From Mytilus trossulus (Eukaryota), in the NCBI RefSeq assembly GCF_036588685.1, contig NC_086375.1:15500001-15564000 (forward strand): a stretch of 64,000 nt of DNA, in the 5' to 3' direction. The first letter of the stretch is position 1. Each line of letters opens with the position of its first letter. This document shows positions 53,139 to 64,000 of the stretch, in pieces. The position numbers and the translations under genes were made by a program. The notes under the pieces are model-generated. The model was not told the DNA's origin. It saw only the letters and a program-made list of their open reading frames with translations, and made no database searches.

Positions 53139-56100
53139 ATGGAATCGAAGTTAAATACATTACGTAGAGGACACAGAGGGCAAGTTACAAAGTTATTCAA
53201 GAAATTCGATGAGATTGAAAAGAATTCGGACTTAGACAAAGATGATGTGAAACTTATTTCGGATGCAGTTGAACAGAAACAGAAGACTATCGTAGATTTG
53301 AATGAAAAGATACTGGATTTAACGTCGGAGGAGAATGTAGAAGAGGAAATTCAAGAGTCTGATGAGTATATGTTTAATTTAGAGTCCAAACTTCGGAAAA
53401 TTAAAAAAATATATTCTTATTCTATTTCTCAAAATGTCACATCAACGTCTTTAGATCCAAATGCAAATAGTTTTCTACCATCTTACCTCACAAATTCATC
53501 GCTTACCAATGCCAATGTTATACGCAGCAATGAAACTGAAATTAATGTACAGCCAACCCATCCTGATGACTTCCGCTCCATGCAAAATACCCATCGTGAC
53601 TTGCAGTCAACAAATAATTTGTACAATCAAGGCTTTTCTTCGGTGTCAAATAGCAGTCAAAACCACAGATTACCTAAACTAGATTTACCGCACTTTGATG
53701 GGGAAATTTTACAATGGCAAACCTTTTGGGATTCCTATGAATCAACTATTCATTTCAACAGTACTTTGACTGAGATACAGAAATTTAGTTACTTGAAGGC
53801 CCAACTCCATGGCCATGCCGCCCAAACTATTGAAGGTTTCGCATTGACAAATGCCAATTACACCACTGCCGTTAATTTGGTCAAAGATCGTTTTGGATCG
53901 CCTCACAAGATTATTCATGCCTACATGAAAGCTTTAATGGATCTTCCTTCACCGTCAAATGATTAAAACAGCCTAGGAAGGTACGGAGACCACCTAGAAA
54001 CGTACGTAAGAGGTCTTGAATGTTTGGGTCAAACCCAAGAAATGTATGGCGCGCTATTAGTACCTATTATTATTAGTAAACTACCAGTAGAAACGAGAAA
54101 AAGTATTGCCCGTGAATATGATAGCGATCATATAACTCTAAACAACCTCAGAAAAGCCATCACAAAAGAAGCGAGAATTCTTGAAGCGGGACAATTTACC
54201 GACCGCGAAGGTTTACATACTACCGCAACATTTCTGACCGAAGCTCGTAATAAAACACAGCGAAATTTCAATACAAACAATCCACGTTTCAATGACAAAA
54301 AACGTCCATGCATCTACTGCACTGGTATACATTTTCCGGGAGATTGCACGATAATTTCTGACGTGAATGAAAGACTGAACATCGTAAAGCAAAAGAAAAA
54401 ATGTTTCAACTGTCTAGGAAACCACGGTGTTTCCGAGTGTAAATCACTTAACCGATGTAAGAAATGCAACAAGGAACATCACACCAGTATTTGCGGGGAA
54501 CAAGCTACAGATGGAAAAGAACAGGAGAGCAAGGAGAAATCAACCGTTGTAGGCTTGGTAAAAACAGAAGAACCAGACACCGCAGTAATGTATACTTCAC
54601 AACACACTAGCGTTTTATTGAAAACAGCTATCGCACCAATAGCATACGGGAAACAGATCACAGAAGCTAGTATTTTATTTGACGAAGGTGCCCAACGGTC
54701 ATTCATCACTCAGGGCATAGCAGACAAATTACAGATAAGACCAAGCGGAAGGGACACAATTGAACTGTCAGCTTTTGGAGACAAGGAGAAGAATATACGC
54801 CATTTGGATACAGTAACTGTTCAACTACAAACAGACAAAGGTGAGATTGTAAACATAAATGCATTGATTGTTCCAGATATTGCAGTCCCACTTCAAAACC
54901 AGACGAAATACTTTACACGCAATTTGCCATACTTGAAAAATTTAAAGCTCGCACATCCGGCAAATAACGCTGATAGCTTTGAAATTTCACTCTTGATAGG
55001 AGCCGATTACTATTGGGATATAGTTCAAGATCACGTGATAAGAGGGAATGGACCTACAGCCGTAGCATAAAAAATTGGTTACTTGTTATCTGGACCGGTA
55101 ATAAGAAACGGAGAGAAATCCTTAACTTCATCAGTTCTTTTGAATGTTACTTCACATCATGCAGAGGAAAGCGACATCGAGAAATTCTGGAATCTAGAAT
55201 CGTTAGGAATACGTTTACCACAACAGGACGACGAGGAGAGTTTTGTAAAGACTTATCAACAAGACTGTATCAAATTTGAAAACGAACGTTATTCTGCCAA
55301 GTTGCCATGGAAACTGGATCATCCGGACTTACCTTCCAACATCATGATCGTTAAAGCAAGGACAGAAAGCACAATTAGAAGACTAAGTCGTGAACCACAT
55401 TTACTACGAAAATATTCAGAAATTATTGAAGACCAAATGAAGAGAGGGTTCATAGAGAAGGTAAACGACGAGAACGACGATGGTAAAAGCACTCACTATA
55501 TACCACATCATGCCGTAAAAAAAGATTCGACAACAACACCAATTCGTATAGTGTACGACTGTAGCTGTAAAAAGTCTCCAGATCACGCAAGTTTGAATGA
55601 CTGCCTAATGTCAACCCCGCCAGATTTGAACGACTTGACAAAAATATTAATGGGATTTAGAACCAAGAAGTACGCAATAAGCACGGACATTGAAAAGGCT
55701 TTCCTACATATTGGATTAGATGAGAAAGATCGAGATTTTACACGCTTTTTTTGGTTGAGCGACACAGATAATTCCAGCAGTACTCTTACAACATATCGAT
55801 TTAAATCTATTTTGTTTGGTGCAACAAGTTCACCGTTCATCCTAAATGCAACACTGCTTAAACACTTGGATGCATGCAACACAAATATCTCAGCGATGAT
55901 GAAGAATGACCTTTACGTGGATAACATTTTGTCCAGTTTGGAAAATGAAGATGACGCCGAAAAGTATTTTGTACAAGCCAGATCATTGATGTCGGAGGCT
56001 GGGTTCAACCTTCGTTCATGGAGTTCAAATTGCTCAAAACTTACAGATTTAGCCAAAAAACATAACGTATGTGAAAAAGAAACTTTTGTCAAAATACTTG

Positions 56101-56369
56101 GACTGAAAAGGGACACAGTTAAAGATACGATAACTTTTCAAAAAGTCGACTTATTTGATATTGAACTACCTAATATTACGAAACGTGAGATTCTTAAACA
56201 ATCTTCACGTATTTACGATCCCCTAGGATTACTTAGCCCTGTATCCGTACGAGCAAAAATCTTAATGCAGACATTGTGGAAACAGAAGTATGGATGGGAT
56301 GAGCCACTACCATTAGAAATACAGACAACATGGGAAAATTTAGCCAAAGATTTGGAGAAAACGACTTAG
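53139..56369 (+). pseudogene. BEL/Pao gag-pol (Gag DUF1759, three CCHC knuckles, protease, RT) with two in-frame TAA stops
   Basis: ORFs 53139, 54024 and 55083 share one frame, with stops at 53964-53966 and 55068-55070. Motifs: LPKLDLPHFDG; CIYC..H....C, CFNC...H....C, CKKC...HHTSIC; LFDEGAQRSFI; YIPHHAV; TDIEKAF; YVDN. Confidence 0.93.
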
Positions 56370-56662
56370 TAAGATCTGCCTAATGTTTTCTTCAAACAAG
56401 TTTTTGTTATTCCTATAAAGCGTTCCCACCATCCACCATACCAGGGCGCTCTTTTTGGTATGAATCTCCAAGTTGTTCCATATGCAGTTGTACTAGCGTC
56501 TACAAAAACGTGAAGTTGGGTTTTCTGATCTGGTAAATTGGGAAAATACGGTCTTTTAAATTCTGTGTATTACCGAAAAGAGCGCCCTGGTATGGTGGAT
56601 GGTGGGAACGCTTTATAGGAATAACAAAAACTTGTTTGAAGAAAACATTAGGCAGATCTTAC
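56369..56662. repeat. 92-bp inverted repeat (56369-56460 / 56571-56662) from internal inversion-duplication
   Basis: The arms match with one mismatch. The inverted segment reads on minus as TEFKRPYF...LHVFVDASTTAYG-TTWRFIPKRAPWYGGWWER...GRSY. Confidence 0.93.
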
Positions 56663-57292
56663 GTTACCATGGATACACTTCAAACAATTCTTACAGAAAT
56701 AGAAGCGATCATTAATGATAGACCATTGACCTACGTATCACCGGATATTGAGGACGAGGAGCCGTTAACTCCGTCACACTTGCTGTACGGAAGAAGAATA
56801 ACTTTAACGCCGTATCCACAACCGAATATTGAATACATTGCCGTGAATAGTGGAAAACAAGAACTGCATAAACATTTGAATAAACAGTCGAGTTTAATGG
56901 AGCATTTTTGGAACCGGTGGAAATCCGAGTACATAACGACCCTGAGAGAGTTTCATCGCCAAACAGGAAACAATTTACAAACTATTCAAGTTGGAGATGT
57001 AGTGCAAGTCCAAGATGATAAATTACCGAAAAACCGATGGAACATTGCCGTTGTTGATGAATTGATTACCGGAAACGATGGTTTTACACGAGCAGCTATA
57101 ATACGAACTAGTGCAGGACGTACTTCGCGTCCTATAGTAAAACTGTACCCGCTCGAAATCCGAACAAACATTAACAATTTAGATGACAAGAATGATGATA
57201 CTTCAACAGAGGGATTGACAAGAGTTCTACCAAAACGAGAGGCATCTGTCCGAGCTCGAGAGAACATCAAGAAATGGACTACCCAAAAGTGA
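56570..57292 (+). pseudogene. BEL/Pao integrase C-terminal half plus DUF5641
   Basis: PKRAPWYGGWWER...EIEAIINDRPLTY...PLTPSHLLYGR...FWNRWKSEY...GDVV...RPIVKLYPLE. The HHCC finger and the first two catalytic Asp are missing. Confidence 0.92.
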
Positions 57293-57443
57293 TAGACTTC
57301 GTTAAAAGTGAAAAATTAATAAGTGAATTATTTGAATTTGTTTTAGAAAGACATTTTAATTATTTAATTTTCAGAAATATCTATTCGATTGACATTTAAA
57401 GTAATTAATAATTTCATATTTTAACTTTTGCCGGCCCCGAGAA

Positions 57444-57583
57444 TGTCGGGAATTTAGCGCGAATATATACATGTTAACGTTGCTACTTGACTTATGTAAT
57501 TATGACGTTACTGATATAGCAATGGCTAGGCGTTAGAATAAACACGATCTATACACAACGCATTTTATCTACTTTACACAACA
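57444..57583 (+). repeat. 3' LTR (140 bp)
   Basis: Identical to the 5' LTR; preceded by a BEL-type PPT GGCCCCGAGAA (57433-57443). Confidence 0.96.
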
Positions 57584-58269
57584 TGCTTGGTTAAAAAAAT
57601 TGTACATGTACATGTATTCACAAATGTCAACGACTGGGGAGTGGAACAAGAGTACAGATAATTAACATATTACATCTAAATATCAATAGGCAATTTTTTA
57701 ATATATCATAAAAATATAAAAAAAATATGCAACATATGTTTAAAATTTATGGCCAAATACTTATTTTTTTTAAAAGGAAATTTAAGAAATGTAGTGCAAA
57801 TTTGATTGTGAGACGTTCGTATGTATTCCTGCAATCACGAGATATGAAAAGTATATTAAAAGTATAGTTAAGCGTCCCTATGTATATATCCATTATTAGG
57901 ATTCGCCTGCAAAGAAGACATACAGTCAGGAAACATTTGTGATTTGAAAATAACATAATAAAATTAAATAATAAGACTTAAATTCGATTATCGCAGGAGA
58001 ATAAATTGGAATGGTACAATAGGTTTTAGATAAACCTTATCCGTGACATATCATTATGTGACGTATTGCAGTCTTTTCCTCATAATTTAAAACTCAGGGG
58101 CTGTTCAAGTTGTAGATCATGTATGATCATAATGTAACATTGAACCAGATATGTTATTGCACCACGTGGCAAGCACATGCGTTTGAAAGTGCTGTTTCAT
58201 TTTTTGGCACTTTATTTGCCTTAAAGTTGAATTGAAATTGTTTAATTAAGTTAATGGAAATATTCTTAA

Positions 58270-58954
58270 AGGGGCATTAGGTATGAGATATGAAAAATAT
58301 TACAATATGATTTCGTTTGTAGTAATCAATAAGAGAAGTGAAATGATGAAATAAACACTCGCTTTTAGCAGCCAATTTGGTTATTTTTTTACAAAATAAC
58401 AAAGAAACAACTGATGAATTATTCACTTGCAAGTGAATGGTTCGACCTCATTTAATCCGTATTCATGTGACCTTCAATTTGATCCACTAGCTACAGATTG
58501 GTAGTGCATGGATTAGTCGTGTTGTGTTCAACCATTTAAAAGAAAAGAATATCAACATAGAAAGTGGAAAAAGGTAAATAATTTCGTTGCCTGATTCAAT
58601 CCTCAAAAAATCATTCGGATACGGGTAAACACTTTTTTAATCCATATTATGAAATCAAACAGCCCAAGAAAAATCCAATTGCACGAAGTCGTTATTTATT
58701 AATTTTTATGTTTATGTTTATATCGGAAAATGAGAACATCGGCAGTCTTCTGAGGTCATCTTAACGGTTAATTAGATGGCGTCTAAACTACTGAAAAAAT
58801 ATACGAAACGAAGATACATTTTTTCAAGTTCATGCATTGTTAATTTGTTTTTCACAGACTTATTGTGATTTAGATATTCCTTACAGTATATTATAAATCA
58901 AATATGAGAATTAAAGCCAAATCGGTGAACATGAATTTGACAGCTCATGCTCCT
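58270..58954. mobile_element. MITE with TTAA TSD and AGG(G/A)GCAT termini (Kolobok-like)
   Basis: TTAA-AGGGGCATTAG ... CTCATGCTCCT-TTAA. Confidence 0.65.
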
Positions 58955-59469
58955 TTAAGTAATGCCAGCATATGTTTTTACATTATTTTCTCTTTCCTTT
59001 ATTGGTTATGGTCTTGATTATGCGTTAATGATAGGTATTCATTTTTAAATGTCTATGTTTAGCGTTTATAGAGGGTGCAGTTTGTTGGTTTTTGACATTG
59101 GACCGAACAATAAGACAAGTGTTTATAGCAGAGAAAGTGTTTTTTTCCATGAAGACTTTCAAAAAAAGATTGTTGTACTGATTTTTACAGTAGTTCTGTA
59201 TATTTATAACATATAACTGGAACACTTCCTAAAAATACTGTTAGTCATGCTAATGATTTATATTTGTAGCCTTTTACCGGCAATAGCTGTAATATTTGTA
59301 GTAAATAATAGCATTTTTTTAATAAATTTATTTTGTCGGTTACTCTTTATACATGTTTCATATTTGAGTATGTTGTGTACAAGTTTCAATTTTGTTCATG
59401 AAAAAAAACCTACTCTCTGCTTGTATCAACGATTAATTTGACTTACTGATCGGTCCAAGGTCAAAACAA

Positions 59470-61732
59470 CAAACTACATGATTAAGATAAACAAAATCAA
59501 ATTCTTAGCTAATGATCCTTTAAGAATATTTCCATCAACTTAATTAAACAACTTCAATTCAACTTTAAGACAAAGAAAGTGAAACAAATTGAGGGAGCAC
59601 TTTCAAACACATGTGCTTAACACCCAGTGCGATCAAATATCTGGTTCAATAATAGATTATGATCATACATTATCTACAACTTGTACAGCTCCTGTGTCTG
59701 AAATTATTAGAAAAAGACTGCAATACGTTACATAATGATATGTCACGAATAAGGTACATCTAAAACCTAGTACATCATTCAAATTGGGACTCCTCGAATC
59801 GAATTTAAGTCTTATTGCTTAATATTATTATCATGTTATTTTCAAACTTCAAATGTTTCCCGACTGTATGTGTTGTTTGTGGACGAACGCAAATGACGGA
59901 TCCATACATTGGGAAGGTAAACATTTCTTTAAATATATACTGTCCATATCTTGTAATTGCAGAAGTGCATACGAACAAATTCAGATTCAAATTTACACTA
60001 CATTTCTTAAATGTCCTTTAAAAAAATTTAAATACATGTATTTGGTCATTGATTTTAAACATATGTTGCATACTAATATTCTTGATATTTTTATGAATTT
60101 GTATTAAAACATTGCCTATGGATTTTAAGATATAATATTTTAATTATTTTCCAGTTGTTGCCATTTGTGAATACATGTAAATTTTATGAACCAAGCAAAC
60201 TTGTCAAATCTATAAATAACATGAATTCTGCGTAAAATTTACACGCCACAAAACCAGGTTCAACCCACCATTTCTACTTAAAATGCTTGTACTTAGACAA
60301 GAAAATGGCTATTGTTATCTTATAGTTCGTTTCTGTTTGTGTTGCATTTAAGTGTTTCTGTTGTGTCTTTGTTCTCCTCTTATATTTGATGTGTTTCCCT
60401 CAGTTTTAGTTTGTAACCCGTATTTGTTTTTTTCTCAATCAATTTATAAATTTCGAACAGCGGTATACTACTGTTGCCTTTATTCACATAAGTTATGTAT
60501 TTTTCATATATATATAAAAATTATAGGTCTAAAAATTAAAATTATTTGTCATAGAAATCAAATATTCTATTGTTTCTTCAAACACGTAACCAGTACAGAA
60601 AAAAATAGCGAAAATAGTTTTCAAATGCTGATATATCTTTCTCTTGTTGCTGAAAGGTTAAAGATAATCTTGTTGGTATTGTGGATTGATGGCACATTGA
60701 GCGACATTTTAAATTCGTACTATGGAAGTTTGTTATAGATTGTGTGTTTGCAAAACAGATGATATTTACAATGTAAGATGGTCCTGCAAGAACACCACTG
60801 TTAGATAACGGAGCTAACTGACATCAATTAATGTGATAATGAAAGGAACTCACGGAAAATAACATTTAATTACCAAGGCATTAAAAGATCGCAACCGTTA
60901 AACTATCGTGGTCAATATAATGGAATATTATACGACTGTCATACAAGTGAGAGGTTAAACTAGCTATAAAACCAGGTTTAATCGACCATTTTCTTCATAA
61001 GAAAATGCCTGTACCAAGTCAGGAATATGACAGTTGTTCTCAATTTGATTGATGCGTTTGAGCTTTTGAATTTGCCATTAGATAAGGAACTTTCCGTTTT
61101 AATTTTTCAAAGGTCAGTATTTTTGTGATGTTACTTCTTGCAAGATTCTTCGATTTACTTCGAACCTTAACTTAACTTCTATATTGGAGTTGTTTATAGA
61201 GCCCATTAATTTAAATATTATCCGTGTAAACCTGCTGATCATTGAAATAAGCGTATTCTTAAAAGTTTTCAATTTATTATTGTAGCAAGGATGCGAAGTG
61301 TCTTGATCAGTAGTTTCATTGATTTTCTTTTAATGAATTATGACATAACTAAATATATAGTATCATGTAGTTACACATATGGCAAAATCCTTGGTACTTC
61401 ATTCGTATGATTTGCAACGCATGACTTTGATCCTTTTGATTGAATTGCTTCCCTTAGTTGTAGATTGAAAATATTAATTATATCAATCTTGCGGAAAATC
61501 CAGTCCTTGTCCGTCTGGAATCTAAATTTTAGGTATCTTTGGAAACTTTCTTTTGCGGATATTTATAAAAATGTGTAATTCTAAGGAAAAATGCTTAAAC
61601 TTTGACTTTGTACGAAATGGGAAGGAAGAAATAACCATGTTTTTTCTTAAAGAATTTGGCCGACAACTGGAGAAAGCAGGTAATATGTAAGTTATTAAAC
61701 CTGAAAATTCAATCTACAATGTGTTATCCTAT
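59470..61732 (-). repeat. Right arm of old inverted duplication, with two private insertions
   Basis: Mirrors the left arm. It carries the empty LTR site (single AAGCA at 60193-60197) and insertions at about 60245-60482 and 60908-61135. Confidence 0.9.
60245..60482 (-). mobile_element. Second interspersed family (ATAAAGGCAACAGTAGTATACCGCTGTTC end), inserted into right arm
   Basis: Absent from the left arm. Related copies at about 28676-28965, 36870-37000 and 37136-37300, plus short ends at 39378, 41003 and 42632. Confidence 0.75.
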
Positions 61733-64000
61733 TAGGCGAACGCTTAAAACAGGATTCTGATATTTTTAATGCACCTACCTAACACACGGCTATATGATAT
61801 ATCATTTGAAAGGTCTTTTATCGTACATTCAGAATTGCCTGGTCGTCAAATTGGGAAATGGTCACATTTTTCTAAAAACGGCAAAAAAGGGAGGAAAATA
61901 TAAGTCATAGTTTGACGATATTGTTCGAGAAATGCATTTTAAAAACAATTCATCTGTAATATAATATTAAATATAGTATTTAATAAACTGTAGTACATCT
62001 TATTTTTGTTTCTGAAATAAAAAAAATTTAAAATGAAAATCGCAAATTTACCATGTTTACAACACAGATTAAAATCTATGTTGGTTGTTATTTTTGTCTC
62101 ATGTTAGTTCGACAGTTATAAATATATTGTGATTTAATTGTCTTAAGCTTGCCAATCACGTCAAGATCAAAGATCACTTTTTTATTATTATTTTTTTTCA
62201 TTTTCATTTTTATTTTTAACTACCACTATCATCGAATACAGAATTAAAGTACACAACCTTTTTTTCAGCTGGTAGAGTTGTTACAAAAACACAAAATTAA
62301 TAATAATATACATATTTACATTGAATAACAGTGAGGCAAATTAAACCTTATGTTGCCCCTTTGCTCAAATGCTCTCTCGCTATTAGTCAATGGTTTCGTT
62401 TTTATCTTCAATATCGTCATTCAAATGATCTTCGAAGTCGAAGTCCCCTTTATAATTTATATTTTGGCAGGTATCACTACCTTGACATGAACAAAGCTGA
62501 CTGTAAGACATCTGCTGCTCTCGGCAAATACATATATATATATATATTTCCCCTTACAAGAACATATTAAATCTTGCAGGAAATCGGACGTCATCATGCC
62601 TAAAAAGTAGACTGGATCCTAGCGATTTAAACTCTTTTTCCATCTGTACTCATAAGGAGACAAATGATTTGGGTGATGAGATGTGAGGACATCCAAATTT
62701 TCGTTTGAAGACATGACCGCAAAACATGTTCTTTGAATTCAGGTTCGCTTGGTGGTAATCGTAACAAACATATTGCAAGTTTAACACGTAACTTGGTAAA
62801 GTCAACATGTGACGAAGCGAATTTGTCTTTTGGGTCATACAAGCTTGAAATAAGCTCTTTCAGCTGACAATGATGTGGACAAATCAATCGTGTCAAAGTT
62901 TTGGAGATTTGTAATCTTACTCAGAGATTGTCTTATCAACTTGAATACAGTCTTTTTGCCGAGATCGATAATATGCTCATTAGAGATTTATCGCCCTTTT
63001 TCTGAATAGGAAAATGCACCGGCAAGAACTTATCATTTGTTTTCCTCATGTAATGCTGCTCAGATAATCACCAAGGAAAGTAATCAGAGCTTGATGGTTT
63101 TGATTTTGTTGCTTGATATATTTTTTCCACTGTAGAACAGTTCGGCCTACAGCAATATGATAAACTTGTTGCGTACTTGTTGTTTCCGAGCGTCTATGTC
63201 GCGCTGCTGTTTTTATGGAATGTTCAGTGTCATAACAATCGAAGACATCAACAACCTTGTCTGTGAATCGGAAGTATGATTGTACCTGCAAAATGTAAGA
63301 TTTGTCCAAGTCTCCAAATGTGGACATCCTTTTAACATTAAATGACTGAACTAAGCTCATGCCATTTCTTATTATTGCGATAGCACTGTGGTCGAATGGA
63401 GGAATGTTAGGGACTGATGCTTCTAAATTTTCAAATTCATGGCCAAGATCAGACTTCGTTGTCTTCCTCATAGTTCCATTTTCATGCAATGATGCAGTGG
63501 GAAAGGGACAAATTGGATAGGACAAAACAGTTTCCACAGATACGTCATCTCTACATTTAGTAATAGATAGTGCACGTCTTAACACACGATCGGGATTCAA
63601 ATGAGCTTGTACAACTTGCCCAGATTTTCATTTAAGTTATACTTTGGGGTTCATATATTCAAGGCCCTGATCTTTGGATGGAATGGTAAAAACTACCTGC
63701 CTTGTCTGTTGATAGAGATGACTCAACAAATATCTTCATTTTAGTTCTTGCAGTTCCAACTGGATTTGCCAGTGAATCTTCAATGTCGTGACTTGCATGG
63801 AGACCAGTTGAAATGTTAATAAGCTGACGGGGGTGATTATCAACGTCAAATGGATTGGTCATATTTTCTGTTATATAAACAATTAGATCTTGAACATGTT
63901 TTCATTCCTTTTCATTGCAACTGGTTTTGCTTCATCGTGACATTGGTCATCATCCTGGACAAGACATGCACGTGCTCTCATTGCCGATATTATCTGACTA
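61733..64000 (-). mobile_element. Decayed Academ-like (AcademX: XPG-like domain plus C-terminal Cys finger) DNA transposon, 3' part
   Basis: Broken minus-strand ORFs: TNPF..LINISTG; LSYPICPFPTASL..GTMRKTTKS; VDVFDCY...SIK..RHRR; GKKTVFK; LPPSE..HVLRS.LQ..IW. Cys-rich end DLICSCKGK...CIC...LCSCQGSDTCQN at about 62460-62575. A TAG terminus starts exactly where host homology stops. Family assignment is from recalled motifs. Confidence 0.7.

Larger units (their letters stand above)
52972..57583 (+). mobile_element. BEL/Pao LTR retrotransposon, internally deleted and rearranged
   Basis: TG...CA LTRs at 52972-53111 and 57444-57583 are identical; 5-bp TSD TGCTT (52967-52971, 57584-57588); PBS and PPT present; BEL-type gag-pol domains. 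Confidence 0.97.
51905..58330 (+). repeat. Left arm of old inverted duplication (about 1.8 kb excluding the LTR element)
   Basis: Collinear reverse-complement similarity to 59470-61732, for example 52238-52342 vs 61252-61356, 52600-52925 vs 60483-60800, and 57584-58280 vs 59505-60197. Confidence 0.9.

Noticed and set aside
53964-55070. Programmed stop-codon readthrough in gag-pol
   Set aside because: The stops fall mid-domain at positions normally Leu or Ser (TTA/TCA to TAA), and BEL/Pao elements use a single ORF. Nonsense mutation is the simpler explanation.

Overview
AT-rich eukaryotic genomic DNA. The repeat content strongly resembles a bivalve mollusc (Mytilus-like); this is an inference from recognised repeat families. 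There are two host genes, both on the minus strand. One is an intronless FoxA (HNF3/forkhead) gene at 12890-14068. The other is a multi-exon copper amine oxidase with well-supported exons at 47366-49311 and 45408-45704 and an uncertain 5' end near 51.5-51.7 kb. About 31 kb of gene-free, repeat-rich DNA separates them, with a 270-N gap, tRNA-derived SINEs, Helentron-type non-autonomous elements, MITEs, minisatellites and a recent 1.63-kb tandem triplication. Upstream of the amine oxidase is an old inverted duplication with arms of about 1.8 kb. Its left arm carries a young but internally deleted and inverted BEL/Pao LTR retrotransposon (52972-57583; identical 140-bp LTRs, TGCTT TSD, tRNA-His PBS). 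Its right arm is cut exactly at the TAG terminus of a decayed Academ-like DNA transposon (61733 to window end). I did not find a clear-cut new biological system. The best leads are the inverted duplication (predicting a head-to-head amine oxidase paralog, with a 105-bp near-invariant island), the IYD-for-NYD active-site variant, the trans-mobilised-looking fold-back LTR element, hammerhead-ribozyme remnants, and 34-37 bp palindromic micro-insertions with 7-bp TSDs.
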